Notes: generated by a model from the sequence alone, not told the origin. A stretch of DNA of 64,000 nt from Oscillospiraceae bacterium (GCA_017439425.1 JAFSJE010000008.1:1069-65068); one strand, 5' to 3'. Counted from the first letter of the stretch, positions 7,960 through 17,182 are shown. Program-made: numbers and translations.

Positions 7960-8901
7960 TTATGCGCGGTTAAATTTCTCCTTTGGCTGCTTGCACCGCG
8001 GGCAGCGCCAGTCGTCCGGAAGCGCCTCAAACGCCGTGCCGTCGTGCTCCGCGGGATCGTAGACGTAGCCGCAGATCGAACAAACGTAAACTCCCGTCGC
8101 CTCAACGGCGGCAAAATCGACCTCGGCAAGCACTGTCGGAACGGGAGAGTCAAGATCCATAACTCTCTTTGCCTCAAGATTTTCATAGCCCTGCGGCGTG
8201 TGCGTTCCGCAGTAGACCGTCGGGTGCGAGCGCACAAACTCGCGCACTCTGTCGAGCGTTTCGCGCGCGGCCGCCTTGTCCTCGAAAACCACTGAGAGCT
8301 TGTTTTCATAGAGCGCCTCGTCGACGTAGGTGATGTCGCCGTGGAGCATATAGAAAAGCCCTCCGTCCTCGGCTATAACGATGCTGTTGCCGAGAGTGTG
8401 ACCCTTCGCCTTGATGAAATAAACTCCCTCGCAGATTTTCTCGCTCTCCGGGAAATTGTAATACGCGCCGGAGGTGAACTTCACCGGCGTGATGTTCTGA
8501 AGTCCTGCCAGCTCCGCGGCGCCGGTCTCGTCGGCGTTGACGAAAATCTCCGCGTTCGGGAAGCTTTTAAGCTCGCCGGAGTGGTCGGAATGCTTATGCG
8601 TGAGAAGTATCTTCGTCACCTTGTCCGGCGTGTAGCCGAGGGAGGCGAGCGCCTCAAGGTAGCTTTCGATGTCCTTGCCGGTGTAGGCAAGGCTATTTTC
8701 GTCGGGCTTCTCCTCCGGCGTTCCGGCGGGCAGACCGGTATCGACGAGGATAACGTCCGAGCCGGTGTCGATGAGGTAATTCTGGAGCGAGCCGCGGTAG
8801 CGCACGCTCTTGTCGAACTTCTCCATGCCCTCCTCACCGCCGAAGGCGAAGGGCTGGGTGTAGAATCCGTCTTTTCTGAATTTTACTGCCTTGATTATCA
8901 T
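7960..8901 (-). CDS. MBL-fold metallo-hydrolase fused to a C-terminal rubredoxin domain
   Basis: Starts at MIIKAVKF (ATG at 8901, GGAGG upstream). It has the HxHxDH motif ([10 protein letters not shown]). The C-terminus [17 protein letters not shown] has the two CxxC knuckles of rubredoxin. Confidence 0.8.
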   Translation of the reverse strand: MIIKAVKFRKDGFYTQPFAFGGEEGMEKFDKSVRYRGSLQNYLIDTGSDVILVDTGLPAGTPEEKPDENSLAYTGKDIESYLEALASLGYTPDKVTKILLTHKHSDHSGELKSFPNAEIFVNADETGAAELAGLQNITPVKFTSGAYYNFPESEKICEGVYFIKAKGHTLGNSIVIAEDGGLFYMLHGDITYVDEALYENKLSVVFEDKAAARETLDRVREFVRSHPTVYCGTHTPQGYENLEAKRVMDLDSPVPTVLAEVDFAAVEATGVYVCSICGYVYDPAEHDGTAFEALPDDWRCPRCKQPKEKFNRA

Positions 8902-8930
8902 ATTATTACCTCCGTTTTTTATTTTTGTCC

Positions 8931-9569
8931 TCATTTTATGGTTTTCCTCAGAAAATCGAGCGCCCGGCCGATAACGAGGAACGCCGCGAGCATTACAACG
9001 ACCGCGTAGAAAACGCCGATACCCAGCGTTTTTAAATCCGCCGACTCCGGCATAAAGCCGAACCACCCTGCCGGCGCGATGTAGTTGAGGAACGGATACG
9101 GCGCCGCCATGCCGTTCCACCGGAAGCCGCAGAGCGAGAGCGCCATAATGAGCGCAAAATAACAAATCGGCGGTGCAATTGCGAGCGCGGGCGAATAGCT
9201 TTCGCCCGAATCGTTCAGAAGGAAGTCCGCAAGCACGCTGACGGGCGTTATGAAATGCAGGCATAGGCTCGCGCAGTTATCCTGCGCGTAGGAGGCGATA
9301 AGGCCGCGCGGGTCCATCGGCGCGAGGACGAGGAGAAAGACGAGCATCGTAGCCGCTATCGACACCGCGGCGGAGAATTTCGCCCTTTCTGCCGCCCGCG
9401 AGGCGGGTTTTACTATCTGCCACAGCGCCACGAACGCGGCAAAGATGTTCGACAGCTGGGTGAAGTAGGTAAACCCCACCGGCCAGTGGAGCATCGCTAT
9501 TATCGCATACGCCGTCGAGGCGAGGGCGATAAGCTTTGGTATGAGAAAGCCCGGCTTTCGCGCTCTCAT
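8931..9569 (-). CDS. integral membrane protein (Pr6Pr/FAR-17a-like, tentative)
   Basis: 212 aa with about 6 hydrophobic segments. The start overlaps the cstA stop (ATGA). The family name is from memory only. Confidence 0.45.
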   Translation of the reverse strand: MRARKPGFLIPKLIALASTAYAIIAMLHWPVGFTYFTQLSNIFAAFVALWQIVKPASRAAERAKFSAAVSIAATMLVFLLVLAPMDPRGLIASYAQDNCASLCLHFITPVSVLADFLLNDSGESYSPALAIAPPICYFALIMALSLCGFRWNGMAAPYPFLNYIAPAGWFGFMPESADLKTLGIGVFYAVVVMLAAFLVIGRALDFLRKTIK

Positions 9570-10972
9570 TTACTCTTTCTCAGCTGGAAAACGTAGAACG
9601 CAAAGAGCGCCGCCGCGAAAATAATGCCCGCGGGGTAGCCGATCGCGGCGCTGAGTCCGAAGCCCTCGCCCGCCATAATTATGTAGGTCACGCTGACCGC
9701 GCTCATAAAGCTCGCGGGAAGGGCAGTCAGCAGGCTTGTAAGCTTATTTGCGTTGGTTTTCAGCAGATACGCCGTAGCGACCCACAGCGCGATCATGGCA
9801 AGGGTCTGATTTGACCAGGAGAAATAGCGCCAGAGGACGTTGAAATCGAGCTGGGTGAGCACAGCGCCCGCCGCAAGGAGCGGAAGCGTGATGAGCAGGC
9901 GGTTGCGGATGCTCTTCTGATCGAGCTTAGTGATCTCGGCAAGTATCAGCCTTGCCGAGCGGAACGCCGTATCGCCCGAGGTGATCGGGCAGGCGATAAC
10001 GCCGACGATGGCGAGCACGCCGCCCACGGGGCCGAGCATTCCGGTGGAGATATCGTACACCGCGCCGGACTGGCCGAGAGTCGAGAGCGCGTTATTGAGG
10101 CCGCCGGTCGCGCCGTAGAATGCTACTCCGCCCGCCGCCCACACAAGGGCGATGACGGACTCGGAGAGCATAGCGCCGTAGAAAACCTTTCGGCCGAGCT
10201 TTTCGGAGGTTATGCACTTTGCCACCATCGGCGACTGGGTAGCGTGAAAGCCTGAGATCGCGCCGCAGGCGACGGTCACGAACATAAACGGCCATATGGG
10301 AAGCCCCTCCGGGTGCAGGTTTTCGAGCGTTATCTCGGGAATAGTGTAGCCGCCGGCGACGATGCCGCCGAGAATGCCCGCCGCCATGATGATAAGCACC
10401 GCGCCGAACACGGGATAGAGCTTGCCGATGATCTTATCTATCGGCAGAAGCGTTGCGAGAACGTAGTAAATGAGAATGACCACGATCCAGAACGTGACGT
10501 TCAGCGTATCCGGCGTGAGCCGCGCAAGAAGCGCCGCCGGTGAGTTTACGAAAACCGTTCCGGTCAGCACGAGCAGAACGATCGAGAACACGCGCATGAT
10601 CCACTTTGCCGCGCTTCCGAGGTAGATACCGCTCAGCTCCGCGATGGAGGCGCCGTCGTGGCGCTCGGAGATCATGCCGCACATATAATCGTGTACTCCG
10701 CCGCCGAGCACAGAGCCGAAGATTATCCACAGAAACACCACCGGCCCGAAGCACGCGCCCATGAGCGCGCCGAAGATCGGCCCCGTTCCGGCGATGTTCA
10801 GAAGCTGGACGAGAAACGCCTTCCAGGTCGGCATCGGCATGAAGTCTACCCCGTCAGCGCGCGTATATGCGGGAGTTTTGCGGTCGTCCGGCGCGAAAAC
10901 GCCCTCGACGAGCCTGCCATAGATAAAGTATCCCGCGACTAAAACCAAAAATGAAAGAATCAGTGAAACCAT
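9566..10972 (-). CDS. cstA: carbon starvation protein A family transporter
   Basis: 468-aa polytopic membrane protein. The N-terminus (LNIAGTGPIFGALMG..GGVHDY) is characteristic of CstA. Confidence 0.85.
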   Translation of the reverse strand: MVSLILSFLVLVAGYFIYGRLVEGVFAPDDRKTPAYTRADGVDFMPMPTWKAFLVQLLNIAGTGPIFGALMGACFGPVVFLWIIFGSVLGGGVHDYMCGMISERHDGASIAELSGIYLGSAAKWIMRVFSIVLLVLTGTVFVNSPAALLARLTPDTLNVTFWIVVILIYYVLATLLPIDKIIGKLYPVFGAVLIIMAAGILGGIVAGGYTIPEITLENLHPEGLPIWPFMFVTVACGAISGFHATQSPMVAKCITSEKLGRKVFYGAMLSESVIALVWAAGGVAFYGATGGLNNALSTLGQSGAVYDISTGMLGPVGGVLAIVGVIACPITSGDTAFRSARLILAEITKLDQKSIRNRLLITLPLLAAGAVLTQLDFNVLWRYFSWSNQTLAMIALWVATAYLLKTNANKLTSLLTALPASFMSAVSVTYIIMAGEGFGLSAAIGYPAGIIFAAALFAFYVFQLRKSK

Positions 10973-10998
10973 TTTTTTGCCTCTTTATATCAGTTATT

Positions 10999-12225
10999 TC
11001 AAAACGCCCATCTGCCGCGGCGGAATACCGGAACGGTCTTTCCGTCGCGCGTAACGGCGTCGATGTCAAGTCCCTCATAGCCGATCATAAAATCGACGTG
11101 TATCATAGAATCGTTGATGCCGAGCGCGCGGCACTCGTCGAGCGTCATATCCTCGAAGCCGCGGATGGTGTCGGCAAAGCCCATGCCGAGCGCGAGGTGG
11201 CACGCGGCGTTCTCGTCAAAGAGCGTGTTGTAGAAGAGAAGCCCGCTCTCCGAGATAGGTGAGTTTACCGGAACGAGCGCGCACTCTCCGAGGTAGGCGG
11301 CGCCCTCGTCCATCGAGATCATCTCCTCGAGCAGCGCCTGATTTTTCTCAGCCTTAACCTCGACCGCCCTGCCGTTTTCAAAGCGGATGGAGAAGTTCTC
11401 GATGAGCTGACCCTGATAGCTCAGGGGCTTTGTCGCGTATACAATGCCCTCCGCTCTGCCGCGCATCGGGGAGATGAAGCACTCCTCGGTCGGGATGTTC
11501 GGGTTGAAGAAAACGCCCGAGCCCTTCGTTATGTCGCCGCCGCCCTTGAACTCCGCCTCCGGTATCATGCCGACGGTGAAATCGGTGCCGTTGTCGCCCT
11601 TGTAGCGCAGCTCCGAAATGCCGAGGCTGTTCAGATACGCGCAGCGCTCAGCAAGGCTCTTATCGTGCTTTTCCCACTCTCCGACGGGGTCGGCGGTGAT
11701 GCGCGAGGTGAAGAGTATCGCCTCCCACAGCTTTTCGATGGCTCTGCCCTTCGGAAGCTCCGGGAAGAGCTTTTTCGCCCACGCCGCGCCGGGAACGGCG
11801 GCGATGCACCACTGGTATTTGTTCTCCATCTCATCGTGGTAGGGCTTTACGATAGGATAGCGCTTTCTGCGCGCGAGCGCGACCTTCTTCTGATTTATGC
11901 CCTTGAGACCGTCGGGATCGTCGGAATCGAGGTAGATTGTGCAGGGCAGCGTGTCAACGCGATGCTGAAGCTTCGCCTTTTCCCACTCCTCGACCTTCGC
12001 CATCGTCGTAACGCTCTGATGGCGGACGTGGAGCTTCTCGAGCGGCTGATACTCAAACTCGACTCTGACCTTTCTCGCGCCTGCCTTGTAGCACTCGTCA
12101 ACAAGCAGCTCGACAAACTTCGGCTGCTCGATGCCGCAGGCGATGATAACGTCCTGCCCCTTCTGGATATTTACGCCCACGCGGGCGATTGTGCGCGCAT
12201 AAGCGCGCAGAACTGTCTGTTTCAT
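10999..12225 (-). CDS. aminopeptidase, M29 (AmpS/PepS) family
   Basis: 408 aa. MKQTVLRAYARTIARVGVNIQKGQDV.. and the C-terminal HLALG..IHVDFMIG match the thermophilic metalloaminopeptidase family. Confidence 0.85.
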   Translation of the reverse strand: MKQTVLRAYARTIARVGVNIQKGQDVIIACGIEQPKFVELLVDECYKAGARKVRVEFEYQPLEKLHVRHQSVTTMAKVEEWEKAKLQHRVDTLPCTIYLDSDDPDGLKGINQKKVALARRKRYPIVKPYHDEMENKYQWCIAAVPGAAWAKKLFPELPKGRAIEKLWEAILFTSRITADPVGEWEKHDKSLAERCAYLNSLGISELRYKGDNGTDFTVGMIPEAEFKGGGDITKGSGVFFNPNIPTEECFISPMRGRAEGIVYATKPLSYQGQLIENFSIRFENGRAVEVKAEKNQALLEEMISMDEGAAYLGECALVPVNSPISESGLLFYNTLFDENAACHLALGMGFADTIRGFEDMTLDECRALGINDSMIHVDFMIGYEGLDIDAVTRDGKTVPVFRRGRWAF

Positions 12226-12247
12226 ACGGTTTTCTCCTTGCTGTAAG

Positions 12248-12373
12248 CTACCAGCGCTTCATGTTTTTCTCAAACTTGCCGATATAGGATTTTTTCAGCT
12301 CCTCGGTGGAAATTCCATAGCAGAGCAAAACGTCATTGTAATACATAAGCACGTCTATTCCGAAATCTTCCAT
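12248..12373 (-). pseudogene. 41-codon remnant resembling the C-terminal helices of an all-alpha NTP pyrophosphohydrolase (MazG/dimeric dUTPase type)
   Basis: Translation is MEDFGIDVLMYYNDVLLCYGISTEELKKSYIGKFEKNMKRW. The pattern DVL.Y....L..GI..EEL...Y..K.EKN.KR resembles MazG-like C-termini. No N-terminal catalytic part appears in any frame upstream. Confidence 0.25.
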
Positions 12374-12382
12374 TGCCGGCCT

Positions 12383-12619
12383 TTATCTGCACCAGAAGTG
12401 CCACTCGGGCGGCTCGGGCAGGTCTTCGCCCTTTATGAGCGCGGCGATGACCCTCCAATGAACGCCGACAAACAGCCCCGCGCAGAACAGAAGTATGCCG
12501 AGAAGCACGCGCCTTCTCGCCTTGCGGGCTCTCTTGCGCGCCTCCTTCTTCGCCTTTTTCTTCGTTTCCTCGACTATTTTATCCTTCACCCTTTCGGTGA
12601 GCTCTTCCTTGATATCCAT
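12383..12619 (-). CDS. small hypothetical membrane protein (K/R-rich N-terminus plus one TM helix)
   Basis: 78-aa ORF with a lysine/arginine-rich helix, then VLLGILLFCAGLFVGV. No recognisable family. Confidence 0.4.
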   Translation of the reverse strand: MDIKEELTERVKDKIVEETKKKAKKEARKRARKARRRVLLGILLFCAGLFVGVHWRVIAALIKGEDLPEPPEWHFWCR

Positions 12620-12688
12620 TTTCAGTCCTCCAAATTATTTTTTTGCTATGTAATTATACTCTTTCCGGCGGTATTATTCAATAAGATA

Positions 12689-12718
12689 TTGACAAGCGCC
12701 CGCGCAAAAAAGTAAAAT
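12689..12718 (+). promoter_or_regulatory. sigma-70-type promoter
   Basis: TTGACA (12689-12694), 18-nt spacer, TAAAAT (12713-12718), 35 nt upstream of the dehydrogenase ATG. Confidence 0.55.
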
Positions 12719-12753
12719 ATCGGCAGAAAAACGCCCTCAGGGAGGCAATTTAC

Positions 12754-13710
12754 ATGGCAAAAAAGCTGACAGTGGTATTTCCATCGCTAACCGATACCGA
12801 GCGCGGCAGCATACTCTCCGCGGCGCAAAGCGCGGGGTATGAGTGCGTATTCACCGCCGACCCGGAGAAAGATACCGCGGACGCGGAGATAATATTCGGC
12901 TACGGCGCGGACTATCTCCGGCGCGCAAAGGCGCTGCGCTGGTTCTGCTCCTTCTCCGCCGGGGTCGAGGGCTACCTCAGACCGGGGTACTTCGCCTCTC
13001 CGGACGTGCTTGTGTCGAACTCCTCCGGCGCCTACGGTGTGACTATCGCGGAGCACATCGTGATGGTCGCGCTGGAGCTTATGCGCCGGCAAACGGAATA
13101 CTCAGAGATCGTCGCGCGGCGCGAATGGGTACGGAATCTCAAGATCCGCTCACTGCGCGGCGCAAGAATAACCCTCCTCGGCACCGGCGATATAGGCCGC
13201 GAGGCGGCAAAAAGACTGCGCGCCTTCGACCCGGAGCGCATCGTCGGCGTAAACCGCCGGGGCGCGGACTCCTCCGGGCTTTTTGACGGCGTTCTGCAGG
13301 TCAGTGAGCTTGAAAAGGCGCTCCCCGAAACCGATCTTCTCATAATGTCCCTGCCCGAAACCGCCAAAACACGTGGAATACTCTCCGCCGAGCGTCTGGA
13401 GCTCATGCCGCGAGGCTCGTTTATCGTAAATGTCGGGCGCGGGAGCGCCATCGACCAGCCTGCGCTCGAAGCCCTGCTGCGGCGCGGCCATTTTTCCGGC
13501 GCGGCGCTCGATGTTTTCGCCGAGGAGCCTATCCCGCGGGAAAGTTCCCTCTGGAGTTGTCCGAACCTGCTCATAACGCCGCACATCTCCGGCAACGTGA
13601 CCCTCGACTACACGCAGGAGCGGATAGTCGGGCTGTTTCTCGAGGATTTTCAAAATTACTGCGCCGGAAAGCCGCTCAAAAGGCTCGTCCGCCGCGAAAT
13701 CGGCTATTAA
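12754..13710 (+). CDS. D-isomer-specific 2-hydroxyacid dehydrogenase family protein
   Basis: 318 aa. NAD-binding GTGDIGREAAKRL, the RGS..D motif (NVGRGSAIDQ) and a catalytic H in TPHISG. Confidence 0.85.
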   Translation: MAKKLTVVFPSLTDTERGSILSAAQSAGYECVFTADPEKDTADAEIIFGYGADYLRRAKALRWFCSFSAGVEGYLRPGYFASPDVLVSNSSGAYGVTIAEHIVMVALELMRRQTEYSEIVARREWVRNLKIRSLRGARITLLGTGDIGREAAKRLRAFDPERIVGVNRRGADSSGLFDGVLQVSELEKALPETDLLIMSLPETAKTRGILSAERLELMPRGSFIVNVGRGSAIDQPALEALLRRGHFSGAALDVFAEEPIPRESSLWSCPNLLITPHISGNVTLDYTQERIVGLFLEDFQNYCAGKPLKRLVRREIGY

Positions 13711-13733
13711 CGCCTGAAAAGGAGTCTCAAAGA

Positions 13734-14411
13734 ATGTCCTTTCGCGATAAAATTGATCACTTTGTGCTGAAATACCTCGCCGTTCCGCCAGCTCCGCGCA
13801 TAAAGTACGGGATAAAGCACGTCGCCTGCATCGGCGACAGCATCACCTTCGGCGCGGGAGTCGGCGGCGTGAAGCGCAGAACGTGGGAGCATTTTCTAAA
13901 TGAGCGCCTCGGCGCGGGCTGGCAGGTCTTAAACTACGGCATAAGCGGCAGAACTCTGCGCGACGAGGGCGACTACCCCTACCGCGCGGAGAAGCTTTAC
14001 GGCGTTTCAAAAGCCTGCGGCGCCGATATTTTTCTCATTATGCTCGGCACGAACGACTCTAAGCCCTATAATTGGCAGAGGGAGGGCTACGAGCGCTCTC
14101 TGCGCGCCTTCGCCGGCGAATATCGCGCTTTGCCGAACGCCCCGCGCGTGATCCTCATGACCCCGCCGAGCTGCTTTCCCGATAAGAAAATCGGTTTTAT
14201 CCCCTTCGATATCAGCGCGGAGGTCATCGACCGTGACATCGTACCGATAGTAAAATCCGTCGCCTCGGAGCTCGGACTGCAGGTCATCGACCTCAACGCG
14301 TTCACAGCCGGCCACGCCGAGTGGTTTTCTGACGGCGTTCATCCGAACGAGGTCGGAAACCGCGCCATCGCGGAGTTCATCGCCGGCGCTCTTGGCGAGG
14401 TGGGAAGATGA
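13734..14411 (+). CDS. SGNH/GDSL-type hydrolase
   Basis: Starts at MSFRDKI (ATG at 13734 after AAGGAG). It has block I CIGDSITFG, block III GTND and block V DGVHPN. Confidence 0.8.
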   Translation: MSFRDKIDHFVLKYLAVPPAPRIKYGIKHVACIGDSITFGAGVGGVKRRTWEHFLNERLGAGWQVLNYGISGRTLRDEGDYPYRAEKLYGVSKACGADIFLIMLGTNDSKPYNWQREGYERSLRAFAGEYRALPNAPRVILMTPPSCFPDKKIGFIPFDISAEVIDRDIVPIVKSVASELGLQVIDLNAFTAGHAEWFSDGVHPNEVGNRAIAEFIAGALGEVGR

Positions 14412-14839
14412 AAAAGCTTGCAATAATTCTTGCGCTTGCGGCACTTTTAGCCTCCTGCGCCGCGCCGCAGGTCGCTACAACTGAAATCGAAACGGAGGAA
14501 AAAGCCATGACCTTGAAAATCGGCGGCGAGGCCGTCGCAGTCGAATGGGAGAATAACGAATCGGTGCGCGCGCTCAAAGCGCTCTGCCCGCTTGAAATAG
14601 AAATGCGGATGTACGGCGGCTTCGAGCAGGTCGGCAGTATCGGCGAGCGCATCGCGCGGAGCGACGAGGAGACAGTGACGAGCCCGGGCGACATAGTTCT
14701 CTACTCCGGCAATCAGATAGTAATTTTTTACGGCTCGAACGAGTGGGCATACACGCGCCTCGGGCATATAACGGGCAAGACCGCCGCCGAGCTAACCGAG
14801 CTTCTCGGAAAAGGCGACGTCACAATAGCGCTTGAATAA
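14408..14839 (+). CDS. cyclophilin-like fold lipoprotein
   Basis: Lipobox LLASC. The sequence ..GGEAVAVEWENNESVRAL.. and GDIVLYSGNQIVIFYG resembles cyclophilin-like superfamily proteins. The start overlaps the upstream stop (ATGA). Confidence 0.6.
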   Translation: MKKLAIILALAALLASCAAPQVATTEIETEEKAMTLKIGGEAVAVEWENNESVRALKALCPLEIEMRMYGGFEQVGSIGERIARSDEETVTSPGDIVLYSGNQIVIFYGSNEWAYTRLGHITGKTAAELTELLGKGDVTIALE

Positions 14840-14859
14840 CCCACACAACGAGGATAATA

Positions 14860-14979
14860 ATGAAACAGATTTTTGAGTCGGACAGCATCAGCTTTGTCGA
14901 GGTCTCGGAGAGTTTAGTTAACGATTATCTCAAAACAGCAGGGCTATCCACAGCGCAGCAGAAAAGAGGTGCGAGCTAA
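14860..14979 (+). pseudogene. 39-codon stub resembling the N-terminus of a GNAT acetyltransferase
   Basis: MKQIFESDSISFVEVSESLVNDYL.. resembles RimL-type GNAT N-termini. The frame then stops inside the terminator loop. A GAGGA RBS is present. Confidence 0.25.
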
Positions 14980-14999
14980 TGCGGCTCGCACCTCTTTTG
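14962..14999. terminator. bidirectional intrinsic terminator
   Basis: 12-bp stem AGAGGTGCGAGC/GCTCGCACCTCT with a 7-nt loop, flanked by AAAA upstream and TTTT downstream. It lies between convergent genes. Confidence 0.85.
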
Positions 15000-15002
15000 G
15001 TT

Positions 15003-15350
15003 TTATCTCATTATCTTCTCGAGCGGTCTGCCCTTTGAAAGCTCGTCCACAAGCTTATCGAGCTGTCTCACGCGCTTCATGAGCGGATCCTCAATGCTTT
15101 CGACCTGCACGCCGCAAACCTTGCCGGTTATCAGCTCCGCGCGCGGATTATACGCCGGCGCATTCTCAAGAAAGGCGCCGTAGGAGGCGCCGGACTCGGC
15201 AAGCGAAGCAAGCTCCTCCTGTGAATAGCCCGTGAGCCACGCGGCGAGCGCGGCGACCTCGGCGCGCGTTCTGCCCTTTCGCTCAGCCTTCTGCACGAGC
15301 AGCGCGTAGACGTCGCCAAAGCGCATATCAAAAATGCTTTTCCGCGGCAT
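15003..15350 (-). CDS. DUF2200 domain-containing protein
   Basis: 115 aa. FGDVYALLVQKAERKGRTRAEV..WLTGYSQEEL..LDKLVDELSKGRPLEKI matches my memory of DUF2200 proteins closely. Confidence 0.75.
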   Translation of the reverse strand: MPRKSIFDMRFGDVYALLVQKAERKGRTRAEVAALAAWLTGYSQEELASLAESGASYGAFLENAPAYNPRAELITGKVCGVQVESIEDPLMKRVRQLDKLVDELSKGRPLEKIMR

Positions 15351-15378
15351 AATACATCACCTTTTTCCGAATAATTAC

Positions 15379-15407
15379 TTGACAAGCAATTCTCAACAAA
15401 TTATACT
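15379..15407 (+). promoter_or_regulatory. near-consensus orphan promoter in an AT-rich intergenic island
   Basis: TTGACA (15379-15384), 17-nt spacer, TATACT (15402-15407). No credible plus-strand ORF lies downstream. A weaker minus-strand -10 (TATAAT, 15400-15405) overlaps it and could serve DUF2200. Confidence 0.35.
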
Positions 15408-15652
15408 GCAACGATTTAACAACGCAAAGTCGAATGGGCGGCTTGGGCAGAAGAAAGGGTGCGTTATATGTACTATTTATATAAACATCTTGGTCAACGA
15501 CGATGAAGAATGCTTTACCGCTGGGGCGAAGTGCGGGATAACTATCTTGAAAAGAAAAACAATAACACTGATATAAACAAGCACTCTCGTTCAATCTATG
15601 CAGAGGCGGTCAACGAATGTTATCACAGGTATTGCGCGGGATAAAGCCCTTC

Positions 15653-16099
15653 TTATATCTCCATTCCCATCAGCATGACCTCTGTTTCGCGCTTAAAGCC
15701 GAAGCGCGCGTAGAGCTCGGGAAGAGCGCCCTCCCCGGCGGTGATGAGGTGAACGGCGCAGATTCCCTGCGTGCGCAGATCGTCAAGCATTCGCCTGAGC
15801 AGTGCGCTCCCGATGCCCCGCCGCTGATACGCCGGATCGACCGCGAGATCGTTAATCTCAAACGTGCGCCCGTAGTGAAAGAGCATCGACGTACCGAGGA
15901 TAAACCCGGCGACAACGCCGTCCTCAACGTACTCAAGCCCGTATGCCGTCCTCGATTCGAGCAGCTCGCGGACGTGAACCTCCGCGTCCTCGCGTTTCCA
16001 CGGGTCGTTCCACGGCTCGCCGGAAAACGCAGCGGCGTATATTTCTCCGTAGCGCTCTAAGTGCGCTATGTCGCATTTCCTTATCACACAATTTCCCAT
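15653..16099 (-). CDS. GNAT family N-acetyltransferase
   Basis: 148 aa. Acetyl-CoA motif A is QRRGIGSALLRRMLD. Overlaps the upstream gene by 16 nt. Confidence 0.85.
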   Translation of the reverse strand: MGNCVIRKCDIAHLERYGEIYAAAFSGEPWNDPWKREDAEVHVRELLESRTAYGLEYVEDGVVAGFILGTSMLFHYGRTFEINDLAVDPAYQRRGIGSALLRRMLDDLRTQGICAVHLITAGEGALPELYARFGFKRETEVMLMGMEI

Positions 16100-16731
16100 A
16101 CTACCGTCACTGTGTCCGAAACGTCTATATCCTCCGGAGTGATATCGAGATTGAACGCCGCCTTCGGCGCGGCTCCCGCGGCGAGCATACGCATCTCCGG
16201 CCTCGCCTCAAAATCAGCCTCTCCCCACGCATAGTCTATGGTCTGAATTTCACCGAGGCGCACGTTTGCGGCGTCTGCAAGCGCCTGCGCCTTCTCACCA
16301 GCGTCGGCGACCGCCTTGGCAAGCAGAGCATTTTTCGCCTTTTCCGGTTCTGAAACCGTGTAGCTGAGCCTCAGCTCAGGCTTCACCGGCGAGCCCGCGA
16401 GCGCGCAGAGCACCCGCCCGAGCAGCTCGTTGTCCGACGGAAACTCGACCTTCAGAACGTGGCTGAAGCGATAGCCCTTAAAGCGCTGCTTGTAGACCCC
16501 GTCCTCCGAATAGCCCTCGTACTCGCTCTCGACGTTGAAGGCAAGCGTTTTGAGGTCGGTTTTCTTAAAGCCGAACAGCGCGAGAAGCTCGCTCAGTGCG
16601 CTCGTTTCGCTCGTTGAGCGCTCGAGCGCCTCGCTGTACTCGGGGCATACGCCGCCGAGCGTGAGCGTTATCCTTGTCGTATCGGGCCGAAGAGACAGCC
16701 TGCCTCTGCCGATAACCTTAATATTTCTCAT
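16084..16731 (-). CDS. SIMPL (DUF541) domain-containing protein
   Basis: Starts at MRNIKVIGRGRLSLRPDTTRITL, the typical SIMPL N-terminus. About 215 aa. Confidence 0.7.
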   Translation of the reverse strand: MRNIKVIGRGRLSLRPDTTRITLTLGGVCPEYSEALERSTSETSALSELLALFGFKKTDLKTLAFNVESEYEGYSEDGVYKQRFKGYRFSHVLKVEFPSDNELLGRVLCALAGSPVKPELRLSYTVSEPEKAKNALLAKAVADAGEKAQALADAANVRLGEIQTIDYAWGEADFEARPEMRMLAAGAAPKAAFNLDITPEDIDVSDTVTVVWEIV

Positions 16732-16732
16732 T

Positions 16733-17179
16733 TCAAAGCCTTTCCACAAGCGAGGCGCAGTAGAACGTCATGCCGCACTTGTTTATATAAAAATCGAGAA
16801 TCTTCTCCGAATCCTTCGTGCTTGTGACAAGGAAAGCGTACTTGTACCCGTCGCGGCGCGCCGTATCGCGGGCAAAATCCATAAGCGCCCCGCCGACGCC
16901 CTCGCTCCTCCGCTCCGGCGCGACGTAGATTTCCTCAATGCCGAAGTATTTTTCGCCGTCCGGAATGACCGAGCGGTAGTTTTTGCTGACGCCCTCCTTG
17001 GCAAAGACGTAGCCTATGATTTTTCCGCCCTCCTCGGCGGTGAAAACGCGCTTGTCGGTGATATCGCTCACGCCGTTCGGAACGTACCCGCGCGTAATGT
17101 TCTCCTCCGCCCACGCCTGCGAGAGCCGTATAAGCTCCCGGATCTGCGCGGAAGCGGGTGTGATTTCGTGGATAAGCAT
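16733..17179 (-). CDS. GNAT family N-acetyltransferase
   Basis: 148 aa. Motif A is RRSEGVGGALMDFARD. Confidence 0.85.
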   Translation of the reverse strand: MLIHEITPASAQIRELIRLSQAWAEENITRGYVPNGVSDITDKRVFTAEEGGKIIGYVFAKEGVSKNYRSVIPDGEKYFGIEEIYVAPERRSEGVGGALMDFARDTARRDGYKYAFLVTSTKDSEKILDFYINKCGMTFYCASLVERL

Positions 17180-17182
17180 AGT

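Noticed and set aside
7944-8309. N-terminal extensions of ORF-track entries (nagA to 8309, MBL-rubredoxin to 9264, LacI to 25494, rplC to 51053, rpsJ to 51448, GH32 from 30325, SGNH from 13557, and others)
   Set aside because: The extensions are R/C-rich nonsense that overlaps neighbouring genes. Internal Met codons preceded by GGAGG-type RBS give N-termini matching the family consensus.
15400-15428. Minus-strand promoter for DUF2200 (TATAAT at 15400-15405 with TTTGCG/TTGCGT as -35)
   Set aside because: It is kept only as an alternative. The -35 is poor (3/6) and it overlaps the much better plus-strand match, so I could not decide between them from sequence alone.
15328-15594. 88-aa minus-strand and 80-aa plus-strand ORFs in the AT-rich island
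   Set aside because: Both overlap the DUF2200 start region, lack an RBS and have odd composition. They are likely chance ORFs in AT-rich DNA.
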